This document shows positions 48,807 through 61,172 of a stretch of DNA of 64,000 nucleotides, piece by piece. The DNA is taken from NCBI GenBank assembly GCA_963762145.1, contig CAVXJS010000014.1:64001-128000 (forward strand), given 5' to 3'. Position 1 is the stretch's first letter, and each line of letters begins with the position of its first letter. The position numbers and the translations under genes were made by a program. Origin of the DNA: an uncultured Candidatus Rokubacteria bacterium. Its GTDB lineage: Bacteria; Methylomirabilota; Methylomirabilia; Rokubacteriales; CSP1-6. The notes below the pieces were generated by a model that was given only the letters and a program-made list of their open reading frames with translations, was not told the origin of the DNA and did not search any database.

Positions 48807-49472
48807 ATGAGCGCGCGCCCGTACGACGTCATCACGTTCGACTGCTACGGCACGCTGATCGACTGGGAGGGCGGCATCGCGAGCGCGTTCACGCGCGCGG
48901 TGGTCGGGACCGGCAGCCGGCTCGACCCGACCACGGTGCTGGCCGCCTACGAGCGGATCGAGCCGGTGGTGGAGGCCGAGGCCTACCAGAGCTATCGCGA
49001 CGTGCTCACCGAGAGCGCGCGCCGGGTGGCCCGGGAGCTCGGCTGGGCGCTGCCCGAGGCGCGCGCGGGCTTCCTGGCCGAGAGCCTCCCGTTCTGGATC
49101 CCGTTCCCCGACACCAACGCGGCGCTCGAGCGTCTCTTCCGCGCGGGCTATCAGCTCGGCATCCTCTCCAACGTGGACGACGACCTGCTCGCGGAGACGC
49201 GCAAGCACTTCACGGTCCCGTTCGACCCGATCGTCACCGCCCAGCAGGTGGGCGCCTACAAACCGGCCGACGGGCACTTCACGACCGCGCGCGAGCGCAT
49301 CGGCGGGCGGCGCTGGCTGCACGCGGCCCGGAGCCATTTCCACGACGTCACCCCGTGCAAGCGGCTGGGCGTGCCGGTGGCCTGGATCAATCGCGCGGGC
49401 GAGTCCCGCGGGGAGCCCCGACCCGACCGCGAGCTCTCCACCCTCACCGAGCTGGCCGACTGGCTCACCTAG
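48807..49472 (+). CDS. HAD hydrolase (haloacid dehalogenase type II-like)
   Basis: FDCYGTLIDW; LSNVD; YKP; FHD. Confidence 0.9.
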   Translation: MSARPYDVITFDCYGTLIDWEGGIASAFTRAVVGTGSRLDPTTVLAAYERIEPVVEAEAYQSYRDVLTESARRVARELGWALPEARAGFLAESLPFWIPFPDTNAALERLFRAGYQLGILSNVDDDLLAETRKHFTVPFDPIVTAQQVGAYKPADGHFTTARERIGGRRWLHAARSHFHDVTPCKRLGVPVAWINRAGESRGEPRPDRELSTLTELADWLT

Positions 49473-49494
49473 CCTCGCCCGCGAGAGGATTCCC

Positions 49495-49953
49495 ATGGCA
49501 CTCGAGCAGACGCTGAACGAGACACTCACCCAGGCGATCAAGGCCAAGGACACGCGGACCGCGGACGTCGTGCGCATGCTCAAGACCAAGGTGCAGGAGC
49601 GCCGCACCGCCAAGGGCTTCACGGGCGACGTCGACGACGCCCTCGTCCTCGACGTGATCGGCGCCTACCGCAAGCTGCTGCAGAAGGCGGTGGCCGAGTA
49701 CGACAAGCTGGGCGACCGCGGCGCCGCGCAGGCCGCGCAGCTCCGCTTCGAGATCGACTTCTGCGAGCGCTACCTGCCGAAGACGATGGACGAGGCGGGG
49801 GTGCGCGCGCTGGTGCGAGAGCGCATCGCGGCCCTGGGGATCAGCGACCCCAAGCAGGCCGGGCGGCTGGTCGGCGACATCATGAAGACCCACAAGGGCC
49901 AGGTGGACGCGGGCGACGTCAAGCGCGCGGCGGAGGAGCTGCTGAAGGGGTAG
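49495..49953 (+). CDS. GatB/YqeY domain protein
   Basis: AIKAKD; EI..ERYLPK.MDE; G.IMK..KGQVD. Confidence 0.88.
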   Translation: MALEQTLNETLTQAIKAKDTRTADVVRMLKTKVQERRTAKGFTGDVDDALVLDVIGAYRKLLQKAVAEYDKLGDRGAAQAAQLRFEIDFCERYLPKTMDEAGVRALVRERIAALGISDPKQAGRLVGDIMKTHKGQVDAGDVKRAAEELLKG

Positions 49954-49960
49954 CCGGGCT

Positions 49961-50434
49961 CTAGCGGAAGCGGGCCCGCGGCTCGTTGCGCAGGGCGTCC
50001 TCGATGCGCATCCGGTGGCGGGGCGGCATCGCGGGCAGGGCGTCGGGCGCGAAGTAGCGGATCTCGAGCGACTCGTCGTCGTTGACGCGCGGCTCGCCCG
50101 CGACCGGCCGGCACGCGAAGGTGACGCTCAGGATCGCCGCCTCGTCGCCGTTCGAGTAGCGCACCACGAACTCCGGCCCGCTGTAGACGCCCACGATACG
50201 CTCGGGCACGACCTCGAGCGCGGTCTCCTCGCGGATCTCCCGCACCAAGGTCTCCGCGGGCTCTTCCCCCGGCTCCATGATCCCGCCCGGCAGGCCCCAC
50301 TCGCCGTTGTCGCTGCGGCGCTGCAGCAGGACCTGGCCCGCCGGGTTGACGATGACCGCGGCGACCCCGGGCTGCAGGATGACGTCGTGGCCGATCTTGG
50401 CGCGGAGATCGCGCATGTACGGTGAGATGGCCAT
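49961..50434 (-). CDS. NUDIX hydrolase
   Basis: GGIMEPGEEPAETLVREIREET Nudix box. Confidence 0.92.
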   Translation of the reverse strand: MAISPYMRDLRAKIGHDVILQPGVAAVIVNPAGQVLLQRRSDNGEWGLPGGIMEPGEEPAETLVREIREETALEVVPERIVGVYSGPEFVVRYSNGDEAAILSVTFACRPVAGEPRVNDDESLEIRYFAPDALPAMPPRHRMRIEDALRNEPRARFR

Positions 50435-50462
50435 GGCGGGATCTCCGGACTGGGGCGCGCCG

Positions 50463-51671
50463 CTACTTGCGGCTGCCCGCGTAGCGCTTCTCGACGTAGT
50501 CGTCGAGGATCTTCAGGAAGTCGGCGACGATGGCGTCGCCCTTGAGCGTGAGCTTGAGCGCGCCGTCCACGAAGACGGGCGCCTTGGGCTCCTCGAAGGT
50601 GCCGGGCAGCGAGATGCCGATGTCGGCGTGCTTGGACTCGCCCGGCCCGTTGACCACGCAGCCCATCACCGCGACCTTCAGCTCCTCCACGCCGGTGAAG
50701 CGGTCCTTCCACACCGGCATCTGGTCGCGCAGGTAGGTCTGAATCTGCTCGGCCATCTCCTGGAAGAAGGTCGAGGTGGTGCGGCCGCAGCCGGGGCACG
50801 CGGTCACCAGGGGTAGGAAGCTCCGGATCCCGAGCGACTGGAGGATGAGCTGGGCGACCTGCACCTCCTCGGTGCGATCGCCGTTCGGTTTCGGGGTGAG
50901 CGAGACGCGGATCGTGTCGCCGATGCCTTCCTGCAGCAGGATCGCGAGCCCCGCGGTGCTCGCCACGATGCCCTTGGCGCCCATGCCCGCCTCGGTGAGG
51001 CCGAGATGGAGCGGGTAGTCCGAGCGGGGCGCGAGCTTGCGGTACACATCGACCAGGTCCTGCACGCCCGAGACCTTCGCCGAGAGGATGATGCGATCGT
51101 GGCCGAGGCCGGTCTGCTCGGCCAGCTCGGCGGACTGGATCGCGCTCTCCACCATCGCGTTCATGGTGACGTCGCGCGCGTCGAGCGGGTCCTTGCTCTT
51201 GGCGTTGGCGTCCATCATCTGGGTGAGCAGGTTCTGGTCGAGGCTTCCCCAGTTGACGCCGATGCGCACCGGCTTGCCGTTGTCGATCGCGACCCGGACG
51301 ATCGCGCTGAAGTTCTCGTCGTGGTGCTTGCCGCCCACGTTGCCCGGGTTGATGCGGTACTTGGCGAGCGCCCGGGCGCAGTCGGGATACTTGGTCAGCA
51401 GCACGTGGCCGTTGTAGTGGAAATCGCCGATGACCGGCACCGTGACCTGCTTGACGATCTCGGGGACCGCGCGCGCCGCCGCCTCGGTGTTCACGGTGAC
51501 GCGCACCAGCTCGCTGCCCGCGGCGTGGAGCGCGTTGACCTGGGCCACCGTCCCGGCCACGTCGGCGGTGTCGGTGTTGGTCATGGACTGGACGATGATC
51601 GGCCGGGGGCCGCCCACCTTGACCCCCCCCACGTCCACCGAGATCGTCTTGCGGCGCTGCGGCGCGCTCAT
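50463..51671 (-). CDS. ispG: HMBPP synthase IspG
   Basis: VQSMTNTDT; RINPGN; RIGVNWGS; HLGLTEAG; CPGCGRT; [10 protein letters not shown]. Confidence 0.97.
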   Translation of the reverse strand: MSAPQRRKTISVDVGGVKVGGPRPIIVQSMTNTDTADVAGTVAQVNALHAAGSELVRVTVNTEAAARAVPEIVKQVTVPVIGDFHYNGHVLLTKYPDCARALAKYRINPGNVGGKHHDENFSAIVRVAIDNGKPVRIGVNWGSLDQNLLTQMMDANAKSKDPLDARDVTMNAMVESAIQSAELAEQTGLGHDRIILSAKVSGVQDLVDVYRKLAPRSDYPLHLGLTEAGMGAKGIVASTAGLAILLQEGIGDTIRVSLTPKPNGDRTEEVQVAQLILQSLGIRSFLPLVTACPGCGRTTSTFFQEMAEQIQTYLRDQMPVWKDRFTGVEELKVAVMGCVVNGPGESKHADIGISLPGTFEEPKAPVFVDGALKLTLKGDAIVADFLKILDDYVEKRYAGSRK

Positions 51672-51718
51672 ATCGGGCCTCATCATAGCACCTCACCCCC
51701 GGGAGTATCATGACGGCC

Positions 51719-53059
51719 ATGGCCGATCCCGACGCCGATCCCGACGCGAGCGTGCTCACGCGGCCGGCCGCCCTCTTCGACGCGCCGGGCCCCGTGCTCG
51801 AGCCCATCGCCCGGGAGCTCACCCGCCAGATGGCGAGAGGGCTGGTCGGCGAGCCCAGCTCGCTCAAAATGTTACAGACCTTTACGCGCCAGCCGTCCGG
51901 TCGGGAGCGGGGTCGGGTGGTCGTCGTGGACTGGGGTGGCACCAAGGCCCGGGCCGGCCTCATCGAGCTCGGCGCGGACGGCGCCGCCCGCGTCGTCGTG
52001 GAGGAGGTACTCACGTTCTCCGACTCCGACAAGCGGGGCGCGCCGGAGCCGGTGCTCGATCTGATCGCGCGGGCGGTCGGCCGCGTGGTCCGGGCCCAGG
52101 GCGTGGCAGTTGCGCCGCTCGGATTCATCTATTCCTATCCGGCCCGCCTCGAGCGCATCGATCGGGCGGTGGCGCTGGCGTCGACCAAGGGCTGGGCCCT
52201 GAAGGACCTCGAGGGGCAGGACGTGGCGGCGCTGCTCTCCGGCGCGCTCCGCCGCGAGGGGCTCGAGCGGATCCGGATCGCCGCGGTGGCCAATGACACG
52301 GTGGCCACGCTGATGCTGCAGAGCTATCGCGCGCGGGGTCGCTCCGCGGAGGCGCGTCCGGCGGACGTGGGGCTGATCCTGGGCACCGGCGCCAACCTGG
52401 CCGCGGACCTGGGGCCGGCGGGCATCCGGAATCTCGAGTCCGGGAACTTCGACGGGGTGGCCGGCGTCGAAACCCCGTACGATGCCGCGCTCGACCGCGA
52501 GCTCGCCGAGCCGAGCCCGGGTGAGCAGCGCTTCGAGAAGATGGTCTCCGGGCACTACCTGGGCGAGATCCTGCGGCGGACATTGCGAGACCTGGGGGCG
52601 CGCACGGCGCGCGCACACTGGGCGGCGCCGTCCGGGCTCGCCGCCCCGTTCGCGCTCGACAGCGAGGACCTCTCGCGCATCGCGGCGGATCGCACCCTCG
52701 GCCTCGACGGCGTGGACGCGCTGCTCCGCGCGCTCGGCGTGCCGAGTACGGTGGAGGAGCGGCGGGAGGTCCGCGCGCTCGGTGCGGCGATCGCCCGCCG
52801 CGCCGCGCGGCTGGTCGGGGCCGCGCTCGTCGGCACGCTGCGCTTCCTCGACGGGGAGCTCGCGGAGCGGCGCACCATCGCGGTGGACGGTAGCCTCTGG
52901 GGCGGCTACCCGGGCTTCGAGGCGCTCGTCCGCGAGGTCCTCGTCGAGCTGCTCGGCGAGGAGCGGGCGGGCCGGATCGAGACCGCGTACGTGAAGGATT
53001 CAACCAGCGCGGGCGCGGCGGTCATCGCGGCGGTGGCGGCCGCGCGAAGGAGCGAGTGA
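51719..53059 (+). CDS. Hexokinase (eukaryote-type family)
   Basis: DWGGT; GFIYSYP; TKGW; NDTVATL; LILGTGAN; NLESG; FEKMVSG.YLGEI; VDGS; GAAVIAA. Confidence 0.9.
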   Translation: MADPDADPDASVLTRPAALFDAPGPVLEPIARELTRQMARGLVGEPSSLKMLQTFTRQPSGRERGRVVVVDWGGTKARAGLIELGADGAARVVVEEVLTFSDSDKRGAPEPVLDLIARAVGRVVRAQGVAVAPLGFIYSYPARLERIDRAVALASTKGWALKDLEGQDVAALLSGALRREGLERIRIAAVANDTVATLMLQSYRARGRSAEARPADVGLILGTGANLAADLGPAGIRNLESGNFDGVAGVETPYDAALDRELAEPSPGEQRFEKMVSGHYLGEILRRTLRDLGARTARAHWAAPSGLAAPFALDSEDLSRIAADRTLGLDGVDALLRALGVPSTVEERREVRALGAAIARRAARLVGAALVGTLRFLDGELAERRTIAVDGSLWGGYPGFEALVREVLVELLGEERAGRIETAYVKDSTSAGAAVIAAVAAARRSE

Positions 53060-53736
53060 TGGCGGCGGTCGTGTTCCTGGTCGACGTGGACAACACGCTC
53101 CTCGACAACGACCGGGTCACCGCCGACCTCCGGCGGCATCTGGACGAGGCGGTGGGGACGGAGGGCCGCGTCCGCTACTGGGCGCTCTTCGAGGAGCTTC
53201 GCGCGGAGCTGGGCTACGCCGACTACCTCGGCGCCCTGCAGCGCTACCGGCGCGAGTTCCCCCACGATATGCGTCTGCTGACCGTGTCGGGCTTTCTCGT
53301 GGACTACCCGTTCTCGGAACGGCTCTATCCCGGCGCCCTCGACGTGCTCGCGCGCTTCCGGAAGTGGGGACCGACCGTGATCCTCTCCGACGGGGACGTG
53401 GTGTTCCAGCCGCGCAAGGTGGAGCGCTCCGGCCTGGGCCGGGCGGTGGACGGCGTGCTGATCTACGTGCACAAGGAGCGCGAGCTCGACGACGTGGCGC
53501 GCCGGCATCCCGCCGACCACTACGTGCTGGTCGACGACAAGCTCCGCGTGCTCAGCGCGGTGAAGGCCGCGTGGGGCGCCCGGGTGACCACCGTCTTCCC
53601 TCGGCAGGGCCACTACGCGCTCGATCCGAAGGCTCTCGCCGGCTATCCACCCGCCGATCTCACCGTCGAGCGCATCGGCGACCTCGCGGACCACGACCTG
53701 CCCGCGCTCCGGGCGCGCGCGGCGGCCGGGAGATGA
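53059..53736 (+). CDS. HAD family hydrolase
   Basis: DVDNTLLD; LSDGD; K; VDDK. Confidence 0.88.
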   Translation: MAAVVFLVDVDNTLLDNDRVTADLRRHLDEAVGTEGRVRYWALFEELRAELGYADYLGALQRYRREFPHDMRLLTVSGFLVDYPFSERLYPGALDVLARFRKWGPTVILSDGDVVFQPRKVERSGLGRAVDGVLIYVHKERELDDVARRHPADHYVLVDDKLRVLSAVKAAWGARVTTVFPRQGHYALDPKALAGYPPADLTVERIGDLADHDLPALRARAAAGR

Positions 53737-53847
53737 CCGCATGGTGCGGTCGGCCGTGCCGGCGCGGGGTGTGCTCACCCGGGAGGACCTGGTGATCGCG
53801 CAGCCCGGCCATGCGATCCTGTTCACGCGAGGGCGAGAGGAGACACC

Positions 53848-55470
53848 GTGATAAGCCAGAGCGAGGCGTGGGCGGCGCTGCGGAAGCACCACGGGCAGAT
53901 GCGGGACGTTCATCTGAGGACGCTCTTCGCGGAGGACCCGAAGCGCGGCGAGCGGCTCGCGCTCGAGGCGGTCTCCCTCTACCTCGACTACTCGAAGAAC
54001 CGGGTCACCGACGAGACCCTGCGGCTCCTGCTCGCGCTGGCCGAGGCGGGCGGCCTGCGGGCGCGGATCGACGCGATGTTCGCGGGCGAGAAGATCAACG
54101 TGACCGAGCAGCGCGCGGTGCTCCACGTGGCCCTCCGCGCCCCCCGGGGGACGCGCAGCCTGGTGGATGGCCAGGACGTCGTCCCCGGCGTCCACGCGGT
54201 GCTCGACCGCATGGCCGACTTCTCCGCCCGGGTCCGGAGCGGGGTCTGGACCGGCTTCACCGGGAAGCCGATCCGCAACGTGGTCAACATCGGGATCGGC
54301 GGATCCGACCTGGGGCCGGTCATGGCCTACGAAGCCCTGCGGCACTACAGCGACCGCCGCCTCACGCTGCGCTTCGTCTCCAACGTGGACGGCACCGATT
54401 TCGTCGAGGCCACGCGCGACCTGGACCCGGCCGAGACGCTCTTCGTCGTCTCCTCCAAGACCTTCACCACGCAGGAGACGCTCACCAATGCCCACGCGGC
54501 GCGGGACTGGTCCCTGGGCACGCTCCGTGACCCGAAGGCGGTCGCGCGGCACTTCGTGGCCGTCTCCACCAACGCCGCGGAGGTGGCGAAGTTCGGGATC
54601 GACACCGCCAACATGTTCGAGTTCTGGGAATGGGTAGGCGGCCGCTACTCGTACGACTCGGCGATCGGGCTCTCGCTGATGATCGCGATCGGCCCCGAGC
54701 ACTTCCGGGCCATGCTCGCGGGGTTCCACGAGATGGACGAGCACTTCCGCACCGCGCCGTTCGAGCGCAACCTGCCGGTGCTGCTCGGTCTCCTCGGGAT
54801 CTGGTACGTGAACTTCTTCGGGTCGGAGAGCCACGCGGTGCTGCCCTACAGCCACGACCTCGCGCGCCTGCCGTTCTATCTCCAGCAGCTCGATATGGAG
54901 TCGAACGGCAAGTCGGTGGATCTGGACGGCCGGCGCGTGGACTACCAGACCGGGCCGGTCATCTGGGGCACGCCGGGCACCAATGGCCAGCACGCGTACT
55001 ATCAGCTCATTCACCAGGGCACGCGGCTCATCCCGGCCGACTTCATCGGGTTCGCGAGAACGCTCAATCCGCTCGGCCGGCACCAGGATCTGCTCACCGC
55101 GAACCTGATCGCCCAGACCGAAGCGCTCGCCTTCGGCAAGACCGCGGCCGAGGTCGCCGCCGAGGGGGTGCCCGCCGCGCAGGTACCGCATCGCACCTTC
55201 GAGGGCAACCGGCCGAGCAATACGATCCTGGCCGACGAGCTCACCCCTGCTGCGCTCGGGCGCCTCGTCGCGCTGTACGAGCACAAGGTGTTCGTCCAGG
55301 GGTCCATCTGGCGCATCAACTCGTTCGACCAGTGGGGGGTGGAGCTGGGCAAGGCGCTCGCGGGCCGGATCGTGCCGGAGCTCGAGAGCCGCGAGGAGCC
55401 CGCGCTCCGGCACGACAGCTCCACCAATGCGCTGATCCGCCGCTACCGCCGCCGGCGCGCCGGCGCCTGA
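53848..55470 (+). CDS. pgi: Glucose-6-phosphate isomerase
   Basis: DYSKN; GIGGSDLG; SKTFTT.ET; GGRYS; MESNGK; [10 protein letters not shown]. Confidence 0.98.
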   Translation: MISQSEAWAALRKHHGQMRDVHLRTLFAEDPKRGERLALEAVSLYLDYSKNRVTDETLRLLLALAEAGGLRARIDAMFAGEKINVTEQRAVLHVALRAPRGTRSLVDGQDVVPGVHAVLDRMADFSARVRSGVWTGFTGKPIRNVVNIGIGGSDLGPVMAYEALRHYSDRRLTLRFVSNVDGTDFVEATRDLDPAETLFVVSSKTFTTQETLTNAHAARDWSLGTLRDPKAVARHFVAVSTNAAEVAKFGIDTANMFEFWEWVGGRYSYDSAIGLSLMIAIGPEHFRAMLAGFHEMDEHFRTAPFERNLPVLLGLLGIWYVNFFGSESHAVLPYSHDLARLPFYLQQLDMESNGKSVDLDGRRVDYQTGPVIWGTPGTNGQHAYYQLIHQGTRLIPADFIGFARTLNPLGRHQDLLTANLIAQTEALAFGKTAAEVAAEGVPAAQVPHRTFEGNRPSNTILADELTPAALGRLVALYEHKVFVQGSIWRINSFDQWGVELGKALAGRIVPELESREEPALRHDSSTNALIRRYRRRRAGA

Positions 55471-55650
55471 CCCCCGTCGACCCGGGCCACGACCTCCCCG
55501 GCAAGGTGCCGGGCCTCGGCACCCTGGCGGCGGGCCCCCCGGAACAACCGGCGCGCGGGCACCCGCAAGCTGGTGCCGGTACTGACCGTCTGGGCCGGGC
55601 GCCCCTACGGGCGGCCGCCGCCCCCGGTCCCCTTCTCTACTGGGGCCTTG

Positions 55651-55659
55651 TGTTATCCT
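55651..55659 (+). promoter_or_regulatory. Extended -10 promoter for tRNA-Leu/tig
   Basis: TG-t-TATCCT about 46 nt upstream of tRNA. Confidence 0.5.
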
Positions 55660-55705
55660 TCCTTGGCCTGATCCTCCCCGCACCGAGATACCCGCGACCC
55701 GTCGT

Positions 55706-55790
55706 GCGAGAGTGGCGGAACTGGCAGACGCGCTGGACTTAGGATCCAGAGGGGCAACCCGTGGGGGTTCAACTCCCCCCTCTCGCACCA
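55706..55790 (+). tRNA. tRNA-Leu (anticodon TAG)
   Basis: Acceptor GCGAGAG/CTCTCGC + ACCA; anticodon arm CTGGA-CTTAGGA-TCCAG; long variable arm GGG-GCAA-CCC; T arm GGGGG-TTCAACT-CCCCC. Confidence 0.97.
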
Positions 55791-55823
55791 GAACCTGGGA
55801 GTCGCCATGAAGGTGGAAGAGCC

Positions 55824-57098
55824 ATGAAGGTGGAAATCGAAGAGCTGGCGGGCTGCAAGCGGCGGCTGCAGGTCGAGGAGACCCCCGAGGTGGTGTCGAA
55901 GGCCTGGGAGCAGGCCTTCGATCGCGTGCAGCGCGAGGCAAAGCTTCCCGGATTCCGCAAGGGCAAGGTCCCACGCAGCATGATCAAGCTGCACTTCGCG
56001 GACGACGTGCGGCAGGAAGTGGCCCGCCACCTGATCCCCGACGTGTACCGTCAGGCCCTCGCCGAGACGCGCATCGAGCCGGTGGAGGAGCCAGATCTGC
56101 AGGAGGTCACGCTCGAGGAGAACGCGGCGCTGAAGTTCGCCGCGGTGGTCGAGGTCAAGCCCGTCATCACCCTGGGGGCCTACACCGGTCTCGCGGTCGA
56201 GGACACCCCCAAGCCCTTCGCGGACAGCGAGGTGGACGAGGCGCTCGCCACGCTGCAGGAGCAGCACGCGGAGTACCGCGCGGTCGAGCGCGCCGCCGAT
56301 CCCGGCGACCTCGTGATCGTGGACTACACGCTCACCCCCGAGGGCCAGGAGCCCCGCTCCGAGACCGGCTACGGCTTCGTCATCGGGGGCGGCAGCGTGC
56401 TGCCCGAGATGGAGGAGGCGGTGATCGGCCTGGCCGCGGGCGGCTCGCGCCAGACCCGGGTGCGCTTCGGCGACGACCACCGCAGCGAGGCGCTGCGCGG
56501 CAAGTCGGCGGAGGCCACCGTGACGGTGACCGAGGTGAAGGAGAAGGTGCTGCCCGCGCTCGACGACGAGTTCGCCAAGACGGTGGGGGGCAACTTCGAG
56601 ACGCTGGACGCGCTGCGGACCGAGGTCCGCACCGGGCTGGCGGCGCGGCGCGACGCGGACAACCGTCGCGCGCTGGAGACCGCGGTGCTCGACGCGGTCA
56701 TGGCCGGCCACACCTTCGAGGTGCCCGAGGCGCTGATCCTGCGCCAGGTCGGGCATCAGATCGAGCACGCCCGCGAGCACATGCGCCGGCAGGGGGTGGA
56801 CCCGGACAAGGTGCCGTGGGACTACAAGAAGCTGCTGGAGGACCTGCGGCCCGGGGCCGAGAAGGCGGTGAAGCGCGCGCTGCTCATCGAGGCCATCGCC
56901 GAGAAGGAAGGCCTCGCGGCGGCCGACGCGGACGTGGACGCCGAGATCGAGCGCGTGGCCCAGGCCAGCCAGCGCCCGGCGCCCGCCGTCCGCCGGATGC
57001 TCGAGCAGAGCGGGGACCTGGAGGGGATCCGGCACTCCCTGGGTGAGCGCCGGACCATCGATTTCCTTATCGAAAAGAATCAGGCAAACACCGCCTGA
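55824..57098 (+). CDS. tig: Trigger factor
   Basis: PGFRKGKVP; FKBP domain GD.VIVDY; LPALDDEFA; precedes clpPX. Confidence 0.96.
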   Translation: MKVEIEELAGCKRRLQVEETPEVVSKAWEQAFDRVQREAKLPGFRKGKVPRSMIKLHFADDVRQEVARHLIPDVYRQALAETRIEPVEEPDLQEVTLEENAALKFAAVVEVKPVITLGAYTGLAVEDTPKPFADSEVDEALATLQEQHAEYRAVERAADPGDLVIVDYTLTPEGQEPRSETGYGFVIGGGSVLPEMEEAVIGLAAGGSRQTRVRFGDDHRSEALRGKSAEATVTVTEVKEKVLPALDDEFAKTVGGNFETLDALRTEVRTGLAARRDADNRRALETAVLDAVMAGHTFEVPEALILRQVGHQIEHAREHMRRQGVDPDKVPWDYKKLLEDLRPGAEKAVKRALLIEAIAEKEGLAAADADVDAEIERVAQASQRPAPAVRRMLEQSGDLEGIRHSLGERRTIDFLIEKNQANTA

Positions 57099-57130
57099 GG
57101 TACACTACGAGCATGGCAAGGAGGCGCCCG

Positions 57131-57754
57131 ATGGGATTGGTCCCGATGGTGGTGGAGCAGACCCCGCGCGGCGAGCGGGCGTTCGACATCTTTTCCCGGC
57201 TCCTCAAGGAGCGGATCATCTTCCTCCCGACCTATATCGAGGATGAGATCGCCAACCTGGTGATCGCCCAGATGCTGTTCCTGGAAGCCGAGGACCCCGA
57301 CAAGGACATCTACCTCTACGTCAATTCGCCCGGCGGATCGGTGACCGCGGGCATGGCCATCTACGACACCATGCAGTACGTGAAGCCAGCGATCTCGACC
57401 ATCTGCATGGGGCAGGCCGCCTCGATGGGCGCGCTGCTGCTGGCTGCGGGCGGGAAGGGCAAGCGCTTCGCGCTGCCCCACGCGCGCATCATGATCCACC
57501 AGCCGCTGGGCGGCGTGCAGGGCCAGGCCACCGACATCGACATCCAGGCCAAGGAGATCCTCCGGATGCGCGAGGAGCTCAACCGCATCCTGGTGCACCA
57601 CACCGGCCAGTCCATGGAGAAGATCCAGAAGGACACCGACCGGGACTTCTTCATGACCGCCGAGCAGGCCAAGGAATACCGGATCGTGGACGAGGTCATC
57701 TCCTCCAAGCCGACCACGCGGTCCGTTCCCGAAGTGGTCGTCACCACCAAGTAG
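57131..57754 (+). CDS. clpP: ClpP protease subunit (alternative start 57113)
   Basis: [12 protein letters not shown]; NSPGG; AASMG; IHQP; DRDFF; AAGGAGG SD. Confidence 0.98.
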   Translation: MGLVPMVVEQTPRGERAFDIFSRLLKERIIFLPTYIEDEIANLVIAQMLFLEAEDPDKDIYLYVNSPGGSVTAGMAIYDTMQYVKPAISTICMGQAASMGALLLAAGGKGKRFALPHARIMIHQPLGGVQGQATDIDIQAKEILRMREELNRILVHHTGQSMEKIQKDTDRDFFMTAEQAKEYRIVDEVISSKPTTRSVPEVVVTTK

Positions 57755-57763
57755 GGACCCACC

Positions 57764-59011
<1,248 letters not shown>

Positions 59012-59037
59012 GACCGTCCCCTTCCCGGGGGTCTCCG

Positions 59038-59634
59038 ATGAAGTGGCTCTGCCCCGTCCTCTGCTTCATCCTGCTGTTCGCACTCGATGTCGCGGCCCAG
59101 CCGGGTAGCCTCGACGACTATGTCCGGATCCGCCGCGTCCTCGACGGCGCGCGCGATGAGGCCACGCGCGCCCGCCTCGAGCAACAGGCGGCCGCGGCGC
59201 ACGACACGCTGCTCGCCACCGCCCGCCGGAGCTCACGGCTCGTGATCTTCACCGAGCGGCGGACCAGCTACGAGACCCCCGCGGTGCAGACCGCCCGGCT
59301 GGTCGCCCGCGAGGGCCGGGTCACCCTGCAGGCCCTGGCCGGCCCGCGGCCGCAGTCGCCCGACTGGGAGCGCGCGGGCTTGGTGGAGACGGACACGTAC
59401 CTGGCGATGCTGGAGCGGCTGCTGCGCGACCCCGCGCTGGCCGGGGACTGGCCCGCCCCGCGCTTCGACCCGAACGCCCCCGGCCCACGCCGGGCGATCG
59501 TGGTGCGACTGGCCATCGGAGAGGACGAGCGGGAGATGCAGGCGCTCGACGGCCTGCCCTACGAGCGGCTCGCCGCGCTGGCGGGTGCTCTCATGGAATT
59601 CTGTCGTTCCGTGCCGCTCCGGACGGCCCCCTGA
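59038..59634 (+). CDS. Secreted hypothetical protein
   Basis: Signal-like [20 protein letters not shown]; fills clpX-rsmI gap. Confidence 0.7.
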   Translation: MKWLCPVLCFILLFALDVAAQPGSLDDYVRIRRVLDGARDEATRARLEQQAAAAHDTLLATARRSSRLVIFTERRTSYETPAVQTARLVAREGRVTLQALAGPRPQSPDWERAGLVETDTYLAMLERLLRDPALAGDWPAPRFDPNAPGPRRAIVVRLAIGEDEREMQALDGLPYERLAALAGALMEFCRSVPLRTAP

Positions 59635-59637
59635 TCG

Positions 59638-60336
59638 ATGGCCGGCACCCTCTACGTGGTGGCGACCCCGCTCGGCAATCTCGAGGACATCACGCTGCGC
59701 GCGCTCCGCGTGCTCAAGGACGTCGCGCTCATCGCCTGCGAGGATACCCGCCGCACCCGCATCCTCCTCACTCACTTCGGCATCCACGCGCCGGTCACGA
59801 GCTACTTCGAGCACAACAAGCTGCGCAAGGCGACGCGCCTGCTCGAGACGCTGCAGGCCGGCCAGTCGGTGGCCCTGGTCACCGACGCGGGCACCCCCGG
59901 CATCTCGGATCCCGGCTTTCTCCTCGTCAAGCAGGCGCGGGAAGCCGGCATCGCGGTGGTGCCGGTGCCGGGCCCCTCGGCGGTGGTGACGGCGCTGTCC
60001 GCGGCCGGGGTGCCCGCCGACCGCTTCCTCTTCGACGGCTTCCTGCCCGTGAAGCCGGGCCGGCGCGTGCACCGGCTGGAAGCCTTGCGCGACCTCGAGC
60101 TGACCGTGGTCTGCTACGAGTCGCCGCATCGCATCCTCGCCTCGCTGGAGGCGATCGCGCAGGTCTTCGGAGACCGCGAGATCGTGGTGGCGCGGGAGAT
60201 GACCAAGGCGTTCGAGGAGATCGTCCGCGGGCCCGCCGCCGCGCTGCGGGAGCGCTTTGCGGCGGGGACCGCGCGGGGCGAGTTCACGGTCATCATCCCG
60301 GTCCCCCCCTCGAAGCCCGCCGCCGGTTTCGAGTAG
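59638..60336 (+). CDS. rsmI: 16S rRNA C1402 2'-O-methyltransferase
   Basis: LYVVATPLGNLEDIT.RA; CEDTR; DAGTPGISDPG; YESPHR. Confidence 0.96.
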   Translation: MAGTLYVVATPLGNLEDITLRALRVLKDVALIACEDTRRTRILLTHFGIHAPVTSYFEHNKLRKATRLLETLQAGQSVALVTDAGTPGISDPGFLLVKQAREAGIAVVPVPGPSAVVTALSAAGVPADRFLFDGFLPVKPGRRVHRLEALRDLELTVVCYESPHRILASLEAIAQVFGDREIVVAREMTKAFEEIVRGPAAALRERFAAGTARGEFTVIIPVPPSKPAAGFE

Positions 60337-60383
60337 GAGGTTCTTCCCGCCGCGCCCGGACGTATCCCGTATACTAGGGGGCC

Positions 60384-61172
60384 ATGTTGATCCCCAAGGC
60401 CCTCACCATCGCCGGGTCCGATTCCGGCGGCGGCGCGGGAATCCAGGCGGATCTCAAGACGTTCTCGGCGTTCCGGGTGTTCGGCATGTCGGTGATCACC
60501 GCGGTGACGGCGCAGAACTCCCTCGGGGTCCAGGGTGTGGAGAACCTTCCGCCCGCGTTCGTGGCGCGGCAGCTTCGCTCCGTCCTGGAGGACTTCGGCG
60601 CCGACGCGGCCAAGTGCGGAATGCTCTCGACCGCGCCGATCATCGAGGCGGTCGCCGCCGAGCTCACGACCCGGCGGATCGAGAAGCTGGTGGTGGACCC
60701 GGTCATGGTCGCCAAGTCGGGAGACCGGCTCCTGCAGCCGGAGGCCCGCGCGGCGCTCGCGGACCGCATTCTCCCGCTGGCCCTGCTCGTCACCCCCAAC
60801 CTGCCCGAGGCGGAGGTGCTCGCCGAGATGCGGGTCGCCGAGCCCGAGGACATGGAAGAGGCGGCCCGGCGCATTCACCTGATGGGCCCGCGGTACGTGC
60901 TGGTGAAGGGGGGCCATCTCAAGGGTGACGCGACCGACCTGCTCTGGAACGGGCGCGAGTTCACGCGGTTCTCCACGCCGCGGATCGATTCGCAGAACAC
61001 CCACGGCACCGGCTGCACCTTCTCGGCCGCCATCGCGGCCGGGCTCGCGCGCGGCCAGGCGCTGGGCGACGCGATCCGGTCGGCCAAGGCCTACGTCACG
61101 CGGGCGATCCGCGAGGGCTTCCAGGCGGGCCGCGGCGTGGGCCAGCTCCGCCACTTCATTCCGGACTGGTGA
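60384..61172 (+). CDS. thiD: Hydroxymethylpyrimidine/phosphomethylpyrimidine kinase
   Basis: [17 protein letters not shown]; DPVM; TPNLPEA; THGTGCT. Confidence 0.97.
   Translation: MLIPKALTIAGSDSGGGAGIQADLKTFSAFRVFGMSVITAVTAQNSLGVQGVENLPPAFVARQLRSVLEDFGADAAKCGMLSTAPIIEAVAAELTTRRIEKLVVDPVMVAKSGDRLLQPEARAALADRILPLALLVTPNLPEAEVLAEMRVAEPEDMEEAARRIHLMGPRYVLVKGGHLKGDATDLLWNGREFTRFSTPRIDSQNTHGTGCTFSAAIAAGLARGQALGDAIRSAKAYVTRAIREGFQAGRGVGQLRHFIPDW

Noticed and set aside
55706-55790. tRNA as integration site of an island
   Set aside because: No integrase or duplicated tRNA 3' end seen; tRNA-Leu next to tig-clpPX is an ordinary arrangement
60337-60383. TPP riboswitch before thiD
   Set aside because: Only 47 nt of intergenic space and no CTGAGA core
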